The translations under genes were made by a program, and so were the position numbers. The notes under the pieces are model-generated. The model was not told where the DNA came from. It was given only the letters and a program-made list of their open reading frames with translations, and made no database searches. Shown here in pieces: positions 50,171-64,000 of a DNA stretch of 64,000 bases; the first letter of the stretch is position 1, and each line of letters opens with the position of its first letter. Origin of the DNA: Lytechinus pictus (Eukaryota); assembly GCF_037042905.1 (NCBI RefSeq), contig NC_087249.1, positions 7,752,001 to 7,816,000 on the forward strand, in the 5' to 3' direction.

Positions 50171-53100
50171 TGGTCATTTTCAAATGTGTGTGACACGACA
50201 ATCGGAGAGGGTTAAGGGCTCATATCTTTAAACTTAAAGGTTATGAATCAATCATGACTACTATATTATATACAATGTAGGACTGGCATGGGCCACTACC
50301 AGTTTGATTTGAATTCTACAATTTGTTTAGTAGATATGATTGAAAAATGATGCGTGAGTGACACGACAAATTTTGGACATGGGTTTCTGACCATTATCAC
50401 TTATGATTGGATTCGTGCCCAAGTGGCTGTCCAGGAGTACTGTGAGTACCCATACATGTACGTAAATAGTGTACCTATCTAGCACATATAGTCAGAATCA
50501 ATCAAACCTTCTCTATGGAAAATGGTGCCCTCCTATATACCGTGAGTGACACGACATCCAAAACGTGAGTGACACGACAAGTGCAAAAATACAACATTTA
50601 TCTCAACAACGAAAGTATTTTTGGCATGATGTACAAGAGTGAAATCCCATCAACCAAAAAACAAGCTTAATTACATAACAACTGCCTTCTTCAAAGTTGA
50701 TAATGTGTCATCCTAATGATTTATTCTTGTTTATGGTCATATTTGCCCATCAACTCACATTCCCTATACCATTCCACATTATTGTCACACTCGGGCTTCT
50801 ACCACTCTCCTCTTTGGAGGAGGAGGCACTTGAAGGAGGTGTTATGTGGTCTTGGCATTGACATCAACTCAAACATTCTTTTTGTGGCCTGATTTCATTC
50901 AAAACTTTTACTCTTTCTTCCTATCTGTATATGAAAGTTTACGGGTTTACAATTCAGCATCCACAACTGATGGAATAATTTTTCCTTGTAAGAAAGGTAT
51001 TCGCAATAGTCACTCGCATCATCTGGCATGGTCTGGTAGCCAATGATGTCATGTATGACTCCTTTTTCTTGAAATATTGGATTACAATATTATCCTCCTT
51101 AAATATTTTAGGCATCAATGTCCAAATAGGACTTGGCAGCTTCAATGTCTTTTTTGTACACTGTACCAAACCACAGTTACTTGGCTGCACACTTCAGATG
51201 GACTATTAGCAAATGCTTGAGAAACTTTTATAGGAATCAAGTTTAACTCATCAAGCATTGGTTTTCTCCTGAACACTGCTTGTATGTGGACCCCTCCAAA
51301 GGCACTGTACCAAAATTCAGAGCTATGATTTTCAGCAGGAATCTTGCTGCTTTTCATTGCTAATTATCATATTTGATAATAAACCAAACCACGGGTAATA
51401 CATGGAAAGCCACGAGGTAAAAGACCATAGTCAGTACCTGATTCTTGCAAAAAGCCACAGCACAGTCTGTTGGTATTACCTACCACTACAAGTCATTAAC
51501 CTTTCCTTTGATGAGCCCTTGGATGTTACACTGAAATTCAATTCAGCATCCCCAACCATCAAATACTCCCCCTATATGGCATAGCTTTTTGCCGACGAGG
51601 TCCAGCTCAGTTCTAACCAGGGTACCCCCCCAAGAAAAATTGATCTACATGAAAACACGGTAACTCACCAAAGTTGCTCAAATGCAAATTCGGTCTTGGT
51701 TGGGACTTGTTGGGACCTACATAATTTACTCTATCAATTTGTTGTGTGTAATGCAAATCTGCTCTGAACCCACATTGGCCCGCTCACGGTAGTTTGCTTT
51801 GCAGACACTAGTTCATCACTAGTGGTATGAGTGGTGGCTGAACAAAGAATTATTTTTTAACCAGGCATGTAGCTACTTCAAGCAATATCCAAAATGCTCT
51901 TTTAAATCTCAGTATATTCTCACCTGAGATGTTCTTGCGAAAAAATTGTTTATTTCATGTCCTCGAATACATGCTTTGTGGCAAAAAAGGTAAATTTTAA
52001 TTAATCAGAAGGGAAAGAGTTTTATCTGATATTGAAAGAATGTTTGTTGTTAACGGAGATCTCTTCATACACTTTTCTACCATTAGAATATTTTATCTAT
52101 TTCTGCAAATTTCAGAATAAGATCCCTGACCTTGCTAGCTTTAAACCTTTCTTAATTAGTAAGACAAAGAAATAACATTCCTAAAAAATGGAGACAGAGA
52201 ATGTTCAAGTCATACCTGACTAACTTGAACCATCACCAAATCGTTATGCACTGTAAATATGTTCATTACTATGTATAGTGGTGTTTCTCTTGATATATTC
52301 ATGATTTTGTGTTGATTGATTATGTTATTATATTCTTTTATCTCAGTACATCATTAAAATATGAATAAGGATCTGAGTCTTCACACAAATGGAAAGTTGT
52401 CAGGATTTTTGAAACTGAAGAAACCATGGAGAGGAAAGAAAAAAGATGAACTCAACGTCAAATTCAATATTTCCATTGATAGGGGTGAAGTTGGGAAAAC
52501 AGAAAAAAATATTAGCCTTACATAGGCCTAAATGATGTCAGGAACAACATGTTGACTCCATCCCTGAATTTATCTCGTAAAATGCTTTAAAAATTATTCG
52601 ATGTCCTTTTTTATACACAATATGAGACCGTGAGTGACACGACATTTCGTGAGTGACACGACATTGTGAGTGACACGACACGACTTTAACAGTTAATTTT
52701 AGCTTAGCTTTTACACATTGGACCAAGTTACTTTATATACAATAAGGTATGGGAAAACTGTATTTGCTCCTGTACTGGGATAAATTAATTTTCAGAATAC
52801 ACAGCTCTAGAAAACTTTTTGTCTTTAAAACGTGAGTGACACGACAACCAGTTTTGAAAACTTTAAAGATCTACTTTTTTCAGAAAAACACTTCAGATAA
52901 TTTTTTTTTGTTATTTAGGAGTTAGATACAATACAGAGCTTGTATCTTGCCAACAAATATGCTTCTAATACAAATGTTATATTGTGATAGGCAATATGTG
53001 AATTTTAATGCAAAAATCAGCATTTTGTAACATTAAATTTCCCTTGCACTAAATTCGCTGTATTTCAAGACACAATGAATAATTTTATGTAACTGAAATG

Positions 53101-53206
53101 GAAAAACATACTTTGAGATGTCTAGTTTAAAAAACCATTGAAGCCTACTGATTTCTAGCAAGTTTTAATTTTCACCCCCATGTCCACTTATGTTTGAAAA
53201 TGACCA
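50171..53206. mobile_element. ~3-kb decayed DNA element with 14-bp TIR and eight same-orientation 16-bp motifs
   Basis: TGGTCATTTTCAAA / TTTGAAAATGACCA; (C/T)GTG(A/T)GTGACACGACA at 50185, 50353, 50541, 50564, 52629, 52648, 52665 and 52831. Confidence 0.7.
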
Positions 53207-53220
53207 CATATAAGTGTGTG

Positions 53221-53492
53221 TGGACATCGTGGTCAAACGGTTAAGACTTTTGTCTTTCAATCTGAGGGATGTGACTTCGATTCCCAGCCACAGCGCGTTT
53301 TCCTTCAGCAAGAAATTCACCAATATTGTACTGCACTCAACCCAGGTGGGCTAACTGGGTACCGGAAGGAAGTAATTCCTCAATAAGCTGTGAGCACTGT
53401 AATCTGTAGATTAGCTTAGCCGGGGTAATATAGGAGCACCTTGAGCACCTTAACAAGGAGGATATGTGTGCTACACAAATCCTATATTATTT
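53221..53492 (+). mobile_element. tRNA-derived SINE
   Basis: GTGGTCAAACGGTTAAG, TTCGATTCCC, CTGCACTCAACCCAGGTG...GGGTACCGG, CCTATATTATT tail. Confidence 0.8.
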
Positions 53493-54692
53493 CATTTGTT
53501 TTGTCAGTAACAGATTCATCTCATATAGCCTAGCTTAGTTTGTACAAATGTGCAACGTATCTAAAATCTTCAAGAGCTCTACATTTTAGTTGGGAGAATA
53601 TACAAGAACTTTAAAAGGCCAACTGTTTCTTACAAACATGGAGCCTGTAGCATGAAACTTTAGTGAGTGATTATCGAACTGAATTTGAACATTTGAATGA
53701 ATGATCATTAGTTGCAGAAAATGTCTCATGATAATCATTAAGCTTTGCGTTACTGTACTCTGAATGGAAGGGGGACGTTCACATATGCTACATTGCTGCA
53801 GTCAGCAGTGTATAAAGCAAAAAATCTGAACATTACATTGGATAAGCTTTAACACTGCACTAAATGGGGACTTCCAGGGCTTTTTTTTGGTTTAGTTTCC
53901 AGGGCTGAATCACCCCCAGCCCCCCATGTAAGTTTTTCTTGCATTCAAACTTTACTTCATGGTGAATGTACAGAAAAAGATTGTTTGGGGTTGGAGACAC
54001 TAACATCAACACAATTTACACTCACCAAATAATAACAAACCATTAACACCTCTAAAATTATTTCGTTTTGCATTTAAGTTCCATGATAAATCTGCATTCA
54101 AGTACAGAATGACTTGCCACCGATTGCTTTATTTTGTGATCAGTCTTGTTCGGAAAACCATGGCGCGATGTGTTGTGCAAATCAACGATTCAATCTTCCC
54201 ATCTATCCATCCATCCGTAATCATATTTTACCCCAATTATTTGCAGAGAACATGTTCTTAACTCTCTCTTTTCTAACACAGCAGAACAGTCAGTTTTTTA
54301 AGCCACCAGTTTCCATGGTAACAGAAAACACTGAATTGGGGGTAAGGCCTTGACCATACATAAAGATTACATATTTAGTAATACTAGCATTTGAATAGCA
54401 ATTTGCAGGTTCCTTTCAATCAAGATGGCAGTGTCAAGACGTTCAACCTCCACATATAAGTCATGTAACACGGCATGTTGATCATTTTTTTTTTAACTGT
54501 GTAAAATGAAAATAAAAGGGTTAATATCATGCACTTTTTAGCTGCATGAAATGAAGAAGCCATCTATTTACTATCAGATTCTCAAGGTTGCATGAATATG
54601 GGCTAAAATATGAAATTTATAACTTTTATTATAAACCAAACACTAAATCATCCCTCATAATGATAACTGGAATACTAGTAGATGTTTCACAT

Positions 54693-55113
54693 TGGTAAAT
54701 TGCCAATTCGTCCACTGCCAACTCGTCCACTCACCACATGGTCTACTTTCATTTAGTCTAATGCCATTCAATCCATCAACATTTTGTCTAACAACCATTT
54801 GGTCCAATAACCAATTGGTCCAATCATCAATTCGTCTAATCACCATTTCGTCTATGACCATTTTGTCTCATAGCCAGTTGGTCTAATATTCATTTCATTT
54901 TCATTCATTTTGTACAATTTACACTTTGTCCAATTAGACCAAATGGTATATAGACTAAATGGCTTTTGGACCAACTGGTTATTAGTCAAAATAGTGAGTG
55001 GACGAATTGGCAATTAGACCATGTGGATAGTGGAGGAACTGGTGGTAGACCAAATGATAGCAGACGAGTTGGCAATTGGACGAATTGGCATTAGACGAAT
55101 TGGAAATAAACCG
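54693..55113. mobile_element. MITE built of short repeated motifs
   Basis: TGGTAAATTGCCAATTCGTCCA... versus ...AGACGAATTGGAAATAAACCG; many CCAATTCGTC and GACGAATTGG copies. Confidence 0.8.
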
Positions 55114-55690
55114 TTATAAATATGAGGGAGTATGCATTCATCTTTTTTGAGGCACTGTGTACTAACATAACCCCCCCCCCCCCCCCCCCCCGACGGTGTA
55201 TTAAGCCCCATAGGTTAAGTATTATTGATCACATTGAGGCACTACAATACATTCCTCGATGAAAATTTCAATTTTTGAATCCTCTCTCACATAACACATC
55301 CAAATGTACAAAGAATTATCGCCAGGGTATGGAGAATTTGCATTATCATAAATTCTTCATCAATCAGGCCCCCTTTTTTCTTTTCACTGCCCAGGAGAAT
55401 AAAATGAATGTGGCAATTTTTCAATTGTATCCCCAGCATTCAATTTACATCAATGTACATACAAATGGAATTGACAGGCTATAAATGAACACTCTGCATG
55501 TACTTCAGTACACTACCATCCTTTCCTTCACTGAGATACGTTCAAAGTCAAAAGATATTTTTGTATCTTATTTGCAAATAATGTACATGTACATGGTAGA
55601 AACACTCATAAAATAAACAGAATAAATATTGAACAAGAAATTGATTGAAAAATTTGCAAGACAATCTCGAACTGAGACAAAAATTATAGG

Positions 55691-55841
55691 TGTCCTGTTT
55701 TACAAATGCAAATTTCTATAACAAGTCTACTATCAGCCAATCAAAATGGATGATTTCAGTAGCTTTGTTCTTGCAAATTTGTTATTATAACCATGGAGAT
55801 TGCATCTTCCTGTTTTAACAAGTTTTTATGAAACAGGACAT
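55691..55841. mobile_element. Degenerate MITE
   Basis: TGTCCTGTTTTACAAA ... TTTATGAAACAGGACA. Confidence 0.5.
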
Positions 55842-56402
55842 GGACATATCTTTAAGTCATGCACTTTATTTATAATTGTGAAGCTTTTCAGACATTTTCT
55901 CTTTTTTTCTTTTGATTTGGGGTATGGTACTTTTGTTTTATTTTAGAAATCATGATCAAGATCTCTTTACACAAAACTCAATGGTTGATGACAGGGCTGA
56001 TTCTCATAATTGAACTGAATTGATCATAATATATGCTTGTGTATACTTGTAGGGCTTTAGGGAAGCTTAATGACAATTGCAAGAATATCAATTTTTCTTA
56101 CACCAGCAAAAACAACTCCTACATGTATGTATATTGGACAAGACAGTTCTAAGTACCCCCCCCCCCTATGTTTTACAAAGTACGATATATATATATTGTA
56201 TATCAACAGTTAATGTTATGATAATTTTCACATTTACAATTCCTCTCTATCTTACTTTCCATACAGAATACTTTACTAACCTTCCTCTAGATACAAATTT
56301 CTTGGAAGAGGTGGCATTTAATATAAAGCATCTTTTAAAAGATTTTAAACTGATAAACTTGCTCTCAGCAAATCAGTGATTTAAGCAGCTCATACAAAAT
56401 TT

Positions 56403-56797
56403 ATTTCTTCTCTTCCTCCCGCTCCCCCTCTTTCTTCTCCTTCTTTTTCTTTTCTTCTATTTTCCCTCCTCCTCCTTTCCTTCTCCTCCTTCTTTTTCCT
56501 CCTCTTCCCACTCCCCCATCTTCTTCCTCTTCCTCCTTCTTCTTCTCCTTGTTCTTCTTCCTCTTCCTCCTTCTTCTTCTCCTTCTTCTTCATCTCCTTC
56601 TTCTTCTTATTCCTCCTCCTTAGTCTTCTTCTCCTCCTCCTCTTCCTCCTCCATCTTCCCCTCCTTTTCTTCCTCTTCTTCCTCCCCTCCTTCTCATCCT
56701 CCTCTACTCCTTTACATTCTTCTTCTACTACTTCTTCTGCTCCTTCTTCTCCTATCCCCCCTCCTCCTCCTACTCCACATTCCAGTTCTTCGTCTCC
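56403..56797. repeat. (CTT/CCT)n low-complexity tract
   Basis: Read directly; it explains the E/K/R/G-rich ORF 56390-56824. Confidence 0.9.
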
Positions 56798-59052
56798 TAT
56801 ATTAAGAGAGATTTCCTGATGCACTCCCCTGACAGTAATCTAGAGTAGATATTAAGTTATTCCACTCCTAAAATAAAGTAGTTTCACTGGGCAGAGGTGG
56901 TCAGATTCAGAATCTATCCATTCTAACTAGCTCTGTATTCATGTTTCTATCATTCAGCCTTGGCATTGAGAGTGTATTGAAGACCTTTGATAATATTTTC
57001 AGAATCTATTTTGTTGTGACATGCATATCATGTTTTTTTTCCCCTTTGATTCTCATTCATGGTACAGTACAAACTGCCAGCAAAATTTTACTGACCACTT
57101 AACTTGAAGCACATTGCTCAGAGGTAGTATGTATACTGGTACAATTACTCAATATTTAATATATTGAATAAACAACAGAACTATTCAACATTGTTTCACA
57201 TAAGCAATGCTTAAGATAAATAACCCTGATTAACAAAACTCAGATTAAAACTTTTATCATCAACAACTCTGTTCATATCAACTCTGATTATAACAACGTT
57301 ATAAAAGTCGGAACAAAACTATCAAAGTGAAATAAAATACATCGATTAAATCATTGAACACTTTGATTTTAGTTTAATGTTTTCCAAGGGCCCTACACAA
57401 AGTGATCTACCAGATTTCTATGTGTTAAGGTGCAAAGGTGATTGCCAAAATCTGGTATAATATTACTTTGCTAAGTACTGCAAGTTTTGACAATCTCCAA
57501 TCTAAATGCAGGGGGAACTATTCCGTGACATAACATCCAACAAAAAGTATATTACCAGTTATTGTACTTTGCAATCATGTGTCAAGGAAAAGAATTGAAA
57601 TGCTTGTATAGGAAAAATGCCACGGTCATACATCATGAATCGTTCAGTTCCCATGGAAACCAATATAAATGTAGATCATTGGCACCAGAAAAACAAACAA
57701 GATGTGTATATCTATTTTAAAACAGTCCCCAAGGAAATGGTGGGTTGATATTTCAATCAATCAGATCAACTTATCTCCAACATGGTTCTTATTTCTTCCT
57801 TCAATCAACAATGTAGAAAGGAGTAGGAGTAAATGTCATTGTCGCACATATCACATCGATTTTCTAGTCCCTCCAGAGAACCCGGCTTTCGACAATGGCG
57901 ATGGCTCCAGATAACCTAAAATAGCATGTTTTTCCCTTCAGGTGTGGAAGCTCGTAAACGTAAAACCTCTTCATGACGCTGTAGCTTGATCTAATGTCAT
58001 TCGCACTGCTCAACCAAGAAAATGGATAGCACTGTCTGATGTTTTAATCCCCTTGATACCGAAGACCAGGAGAGCTCATTTAATTATGCATGGCATTTTA
58101 GGCCCAGGGTGCTGGCAGAGTTAAACATAGATAATGTTCCGAGACATCATGCTTGGTTGAGAGAGTTACAAGATATATGTATACTGACAACGATACGTAG
58201 GTAACTAGAGCAAGCTACAAGAACTTGCAAATATCAAAACTTGGGAAAGAGTTTCTTCATGGATACAAGGGTAAAAATATAATTTTCTTGAGTGACATAT
58301 CCATGCTCTGATGACATCTATGAAAACATTCCTAGATTTTATTTGCAGAATTCAACTAAATGATGGAAGCTACAATAGGAGGTCAGGGGGAAAAATATGC
58401 AGGAAGTATGCATCAGATAGCAACATACACTAGAGCATGCATCATACAACCAAAATTATCACCAACTGACTGATTCATTCTAAACCGAGAGATGCCACAC
58501 TCCATAAGTGCACAATAAAATCATCAGACCACTAAGGGTTCGTTCGATTAAAAAAAAATTGTCTAAACATACTAACAAATGCAAGTAATTTGTGACAAAT
58601 TTACTCTCTTTCCTTTGGGAATGTACTACACATAGTAGTTGTCAATCATTTGAAAATTAATGAATACTAATTTCCTTTTATCATTTCCCACAAAGGAATT
58701 AACACACACTCTTCAAACTTATCAACTAAGATGTGCATGATAGCATTAAAAAAAAAGTGTTTCATTAATTCTATCTCACTCTCCTGAAGGGTAATTATTT
58801 AAATAATACGTCCATAATTCATGAAAATATCAAGACATAAGTTTTCTTTTATTTCCTGTAATGGAATCTCACACACACTGCCCCCTTACAAACTAGAATA
58901 TGCATGACAATATTAACAAATGTGTTTCATTAATTCTTTCTCATTATCAGCGGTGTTTTACATGAACTATGAATCTTCTATGGCGTCAAAAGCTCATTTT
59001 ACTGACGAAATTAGACATGAAAACTTTATGGCCTGTATTCTGATGAAGTCTG

Positions 59053-59321
59053 GGCCCTGTCTTACAAAGAGTTGCGATTGATCCATCAATTGTAACTATG
59101 CAAAGCCAGCAAAGTCAACATATCAAATGCATGTTTGTTCAAAAAAATTCTGGATATGAATGTATATCCGTAAATTCAATGATTTCTTGACAATTTGGCG
59201 TGCTCTCCTTTGTTTATAAAGGGCATTTTGCAATTTTCCTGTAGAAAAAATAATGACACTGATGGATTTCCATAGAGTTACAATTGATTGGATCAATCGG
59301 AACTCTTTGTAAGACAGGGCC
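59053..59321. mobile_element. Nested MITE with CTG duplication
   Basis: CTG|GGCCCTGTCTTACAAAGAGTT ... AACTCTTTGTAAGACAGGGCC|CTG. Confidence 0.9.
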
Positions 59322-59366
59322 CTGGTTTATCTTAGGCCAGGGTCTCAGTCTGGGCTAAAATGACTA

Positions 59367-59578
59367 CACACCAAAAACTCTGGTGTTAACTGGTGTACAT
59401 AGAGGACCACACCAGTTATTTTACACTGGTGTTTAGGTGTCATTACAACATGTTTGGTTGTTACATTTACACTCTTTGGTGTTATATTCAATCTCTAGGG
59501 TGTAATTTTAACACCTCAGGGTTTGGTCCTCTATTAACACCAACTGGTGTCAGTCCTAACACCACAGTGTTTACAGTG
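59367..59578. mobile_element. Nested CAC...GTG MITE
   Basis: TA|CACACCAAAAACTCTGGTGTTA ... TAACACCACAGTGTTTACAGTG; a related fragment lies near 62330-62520. Confidence 0.65.
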
Positions 59579-61299
59579 CATGGTCTCAGTCTGGACTAAA
59601 ATGACTAGTGTCAAAAATTTGTTTATAATGTAATGTTTCAAAAAATTTTGTTCACTTGGATGCTTCTTATGGTTGAATGAAGAAGATAACTATTTCATTA
59701 ATCAGTTCGACACATCTCTTAATGATTTTGAATGCAAATGTGATGATAAATTGATGGCCTAATTCTAGCGATCGATATCACATTTGGCCTTCCATGCTAA
59801 CTAGAGTTCAGAATACAGGCCTATGAATTCATGACGATCATAATAATAGAAAGCATCAAAATGCAATACAAATGATATCGTCTTCGAGGCCTATGAAGAT
59901 TACAGCAGATGATGATGATGTCAAAAAATTTATATTGGTTGTTCAAACAAGCTGGTACCATATCTTTGATAGAGTGTGATCTGCCACAGCCTAAAATGAT
60001 TCCACAAGAATAAAAATATCAATAAGAAAAAAAATAACAGATCTATTAATTTACATTCACCAACCACCCCCTATTTAAGCTTGATAAGAAATCTTCTACA
60101 GATGAAGTTAAAAGAACATCAACTTATTCAATACAGCTGTGCAAATGAAGTGAAAAAGACATGGCACCATTTATTTTTATTGTCCTAATCATTGACTGAT
60201 CTATTATGCAATGTCCTCACTGGGACTGGAAGTGAGGGGGGGGGGCTCTTTGGGTTTCTAGCTCTAACAGGTTGTCATTCCTACACTTCAATATGGATGC
60301 TAATAAAATGCAAAAGCCCCCAATGCATGGAGACTAATGGAGGGGGCCCCCAACCGAGGCTTGGTAAAAACTGCTTGAGGGTATCTAAGTGGACATGTCT
60401 TGAATGAAGAGCTCATATGGGAATACATTATGCAGGAACGCAATATTTGCTCCTTACCTGTCTTTTTTTTACAGAGCTGACGTAAAAAGGAAGTAATTAT
60501 TGATAATTTTTATCAGGTTGAAAAGCAATTTAACATGTCATATGGCAAACAGGATCTTTTTTTTTACTTTTTAAAAGTCTAGGTCTAAATCTGTAATAAA
60601 AGCTTGATAATAATGTGAATCATATTCAATATGATTCATGATTCAAGCTGGGGTGTGATGCAATATAGTGATTTCTGACCATTATTTCTTTTCAAACAGG
60701 TCAAGTCTATCTGAAAATTGCAACTTACAACTGAATATAATTATAATTGGAAACATCTATATTTCTTTAAAAAGGGCCCCTTGCACGCTTATCTTACAAA
60801 TAATGTGTTTGCTCACCAGAAGACTAAAGACAAAAACTATATCCTGAATATTTTCAGCTCATGCCAGGCTTTAAATTTCACCCAATCCTTTTTTAAATGC
60901 AGACGTACAAGTACCAGGGGGACAAAAATTACACGAGGATTGGGGGCAATTTAGCCAAAAAAAAGCTTAGAAGAGCCCTGAAAACTAAAAAAGGAGCCCT
61001 TCATATCCCCATTCATCACAATGTGAAAGCTTATCCAACGTTCATATCATCCACACCATAACAATGCTAGGACACAATTTATTCACATAAAAGGGTAACC
61101 AACTGTTTCCAGTCTTTACCACTAAAAGAGAGGCTTTTAAATTAAATAATCATCAATACTATTTTAAAAAAACATTCCAATAACACTTCTCCTTTATGAG
61201 AAAATGAAAGCAGCCCACTGAATGTTATGAAATGTGAACTAATAAGGCAAAAAAAAAAATCAAATTTTTCATTTCTCGAGGCTAATTTTTCTTAAAAAG

Positions 61300-61620
61300 G
61301 TACATTTTTAACACAGATTTGAATCTGTTGAAATCTGTTATTGATCTAATATTTATGAGGTAGGTTATCCACAATTTTGGTGCCATTTTCCCAAAAGCTC
61401 TAGATTACCAAAAGTCTTGGACTTTACTCGTATTTCAGAGAGAGGATCCTTTGATTGTGAACGAAGATTTCAACTGGGTTGATATTTCTGAATAAGATCA
61501 CTGAGGTAAGCAGGGGCATTCCCATTAATGCACTTAAAAACAAGAGGACTTTAAACAAAATGCAAGCCTTCATGGGAAGCCAATGGAGACTACGTAGGAT
61601 CGGTGTCACATGCTCAAATT
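61300..61620 (-). mobile_element. Decayed L2/CR1-clade LINE ORF2 3' fragment
   Basis: Minus translation TPILRSLHWLPMKACILFKVLL followed by RAFGKMAPKLW resembles the H-I-T-P-x-L-x-x-L-H-W-L-P ... R-A-F-x-x-x-A-P-x-L-W C-terminal signature; frameshifted. Confidence 0.75.
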
Positions 61621-64000
61621 TATTTTACTTCTTTCACTTTCACTTCCCTCTATACAAATGCCAAAATACTAAAAACAAGTGAAAAGCCTCTGGCAGTCTT
61701 GCATGCAATACAAAACTAAATATAGCAGCAGTGCTGAACTTTTATACAACTAAGATGAATAATATTTCAATCAAAAGAAAACAAAACATTCATTTGGAAA
61801 CAAAATCCAAAGTTCGTTGACCTCAAATGACTTTTGACCTTTACTTTGAAGCTTGTTGTAGCGGCACTAATGTCTCCCATCTGCTATGCATGCAAGATAA
61901 CTAGATTGTGTGAGAATAATTATTCAAAAAAATATCAAAAATGCCTAAAATGCCTAACATTCATGTTTCTGGGAACAAAAAATTGCATGAACACAGCCTC
62001 CCAGTCTTCCAAAGCTGAACTTGCTGATCAGCATTAGACAGCACACATAAATCTTGTTGAGATGCTGATTTCAACTTTAGACAATATACATGTGAAGAGT
62101 TAACATTTTCCAACAGACGGCATGTAATTACTGGTCGGTAATTAATGGCATATTGTAATGATCAATCATTTAATCAACCTACACGTAGTAAGGTTAAACT
62201 GATTAGAAATTCCCAGGTCAGCAACTGAAGGGCACATTCAAATTGGTAAAGTAAATATAAACCATCAAACACCAAATCTGTGGTGCTTAATTGTTAACCA
62301 GTGTACATAAAATACTAAACAAGTCATTACACTCTAGTATTATTTTACAATGTTAGTCCAATACTCATGAGTATTACTACTGTATAAACACCTGTGGTTG
62401 TTACTTTGACACCTTTTGGATTTGCATTCAAACTAAATGGAGTAATTTTAACACCACTGAGTGTAATTTTAAAAACCTCAGGGTATGCTTCTCAATACAG
62501 AAAAGACACTATCTGATGTTGGTAATGTTGTAAATGATATTTGTAAATGGAAGCTAGCATTATCCAAAGTACCATAAGCTATATATATTACTACAGTACA
62601 CAAACTCTAAATTTCAAGGATTGAATAATCCAGAGAAAGCGTGAACAGTCACAAGCTGAAAAACATGGTTGTACACAGATATTTTTTTCCTGGGAGTGGC
62701 AGCACTGTGTTAAAATCTTCAAAGAAACCCCAAAAGCGAGGGAGCGAAGAGACCAAGCTTGTCATTGGGGCACTTTTGCATTTTCTGAAGTGAAATTGAA
62801 GGATTTCAAAATTTTGTGAATTTTTTGAAAATTTTCAATAAAAAATGTAAGTTAAAATTACTCCCAGAGAATAAAAGGAACATCATCAACTCTGTTTGCA
62901 TAGACATGTACAGATACCCCAATGTGAGCATTTTAAATAGTATGCACTTTGTATTCCCAGCCCTCCCACTGAATATGACTAATATGGTAAGAGCATGGAG
63001 CTACTGACGTTAATAGCTCCATGATAAGATTGCTTTTTTAGAGAAGATCCAGAGCTAAATTTAGACAACTTTAATTCAATAACGTTCTTCCAACTCAATG
63101 ACGGGCTGTATTCGTCTATTAATAAGGATTAATGTTTCCTCTTCTGTATGCTAAAATTTGATTAGTACACTAAAGAGGATTAAATGACTGACAATGGAAA
63201 TAAAAGTATTTATTTCTACCACAGCTCATATTGGTTTCTAGACATTTTAGTTTCATCATTATTATCATTCATTCAATTTGAAAATATTAAGACTTGCACT
63301 AACTACTGCTCTACAAATCATGATCATATCTTACGATTAAAAGAAAATTGTGTCTGTAATTGTCTATGCATATTATACCCTGCCATTAATTAAAAAATAA
63401 GCTGAAGTTCAAGAATGGTATTCTTGAGAGAGGGTCCAACAGAAAACTCTGGCCATTGACGGTCTTGGATTAATTCAAACCCTTTCATGTGACAATGTAA
63501 AGGTGACTCTGCCTGACGCACTTTACACGGTCTGTTGCAATGCAATTTTTTACCAAATGATCACATTTTACATAATATATGATGAAAGTCCCAAGAAGTA
63601 AAATAATATTATTTGAAGTTCAGCGGAACGCTAGGAAAACTAACATTCAAATTCTACTTTGATGGTCGGAGTAAAGTCCAAATCGGATTCAAGTCGCAGC
63701 CAATGATCACATCACTATGATCTGGAATTGAATTTACTTATAAAGGGAGGCTAGAAATAGACTGGAATTTCTTTCGGCAGGACAGTGCTCTGCTGGTAAC
63801 TCAAAGCAATGCTATAGCAATTTAATTGGAAATCGAATCATTTAGTGTGCCTCAGGCTTTGGTCAAATATAAATATCTTGGGACCACAGATATAGTCGAA
63901 ATTTAGAAGATTAAATTCTCTTGGAGGAAATTTGCATATTCAGGTTGGAAATATTTCTTTGAGTTTAATAGGCAGTTATTTGACTTATGCAGAGCCAAGT

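Larger units (their letters stand above)
59030..59821. mobile_element. Harbinger-like MITE carrying two nested MITEs
   Basis: TAT|GGCCTGTATTCTGA ... TCAGAATACAGGCC|TAT. Confidence 0.75.

Noticed and set aside
50185..52846. 16-bp repeats as CRISPR-like repeats
   Set aside because: Spacing is irregular (17 bp to 2 kb) and the repeats sit inside a TIR-bounded element.
56390..56824. 144-aa E/K/R-rich minus-strand ORF
   Set aside because: It is a low-complexity purine/pyrimidine tract with no splice or domain support.

Overview
This is AT-rich, repeat-dense animal DNA. The SINE and MITE families look echinoderm or sea-urchin-like (inference). Most of the window is intron of a minus-strand gene I cannot name. 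It has a large acidic first coding exon (46550-44500), two small phase-compatible exons (22367-22311, 18987-18847) and probably another acidic coding segment running off the window start (370-1). The introns hold many tRNA-derived SINEs, palindromic MITEs (several nested), two larger non-autonomous DNA elements, an L2/CR1 fragment and microsatellites. The outstanding feature is a 2903-bp TA-flanked palindromic Tc1 (DD34E) transposon at 40636-43538. Its two 1291-bp inverted arms each carry a complete intact transposase ORF plus the 3' end, and differ at only 2 positions that I could find. The 321-bp centre holds two diverged tandem copies of a truncated ancestral 5' end, one bracketed by a 15-bp inverted repeat. 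Read-through from the host gene would fold it into a ~1.3-kb hairpin. All alignments and counts were done by eye.
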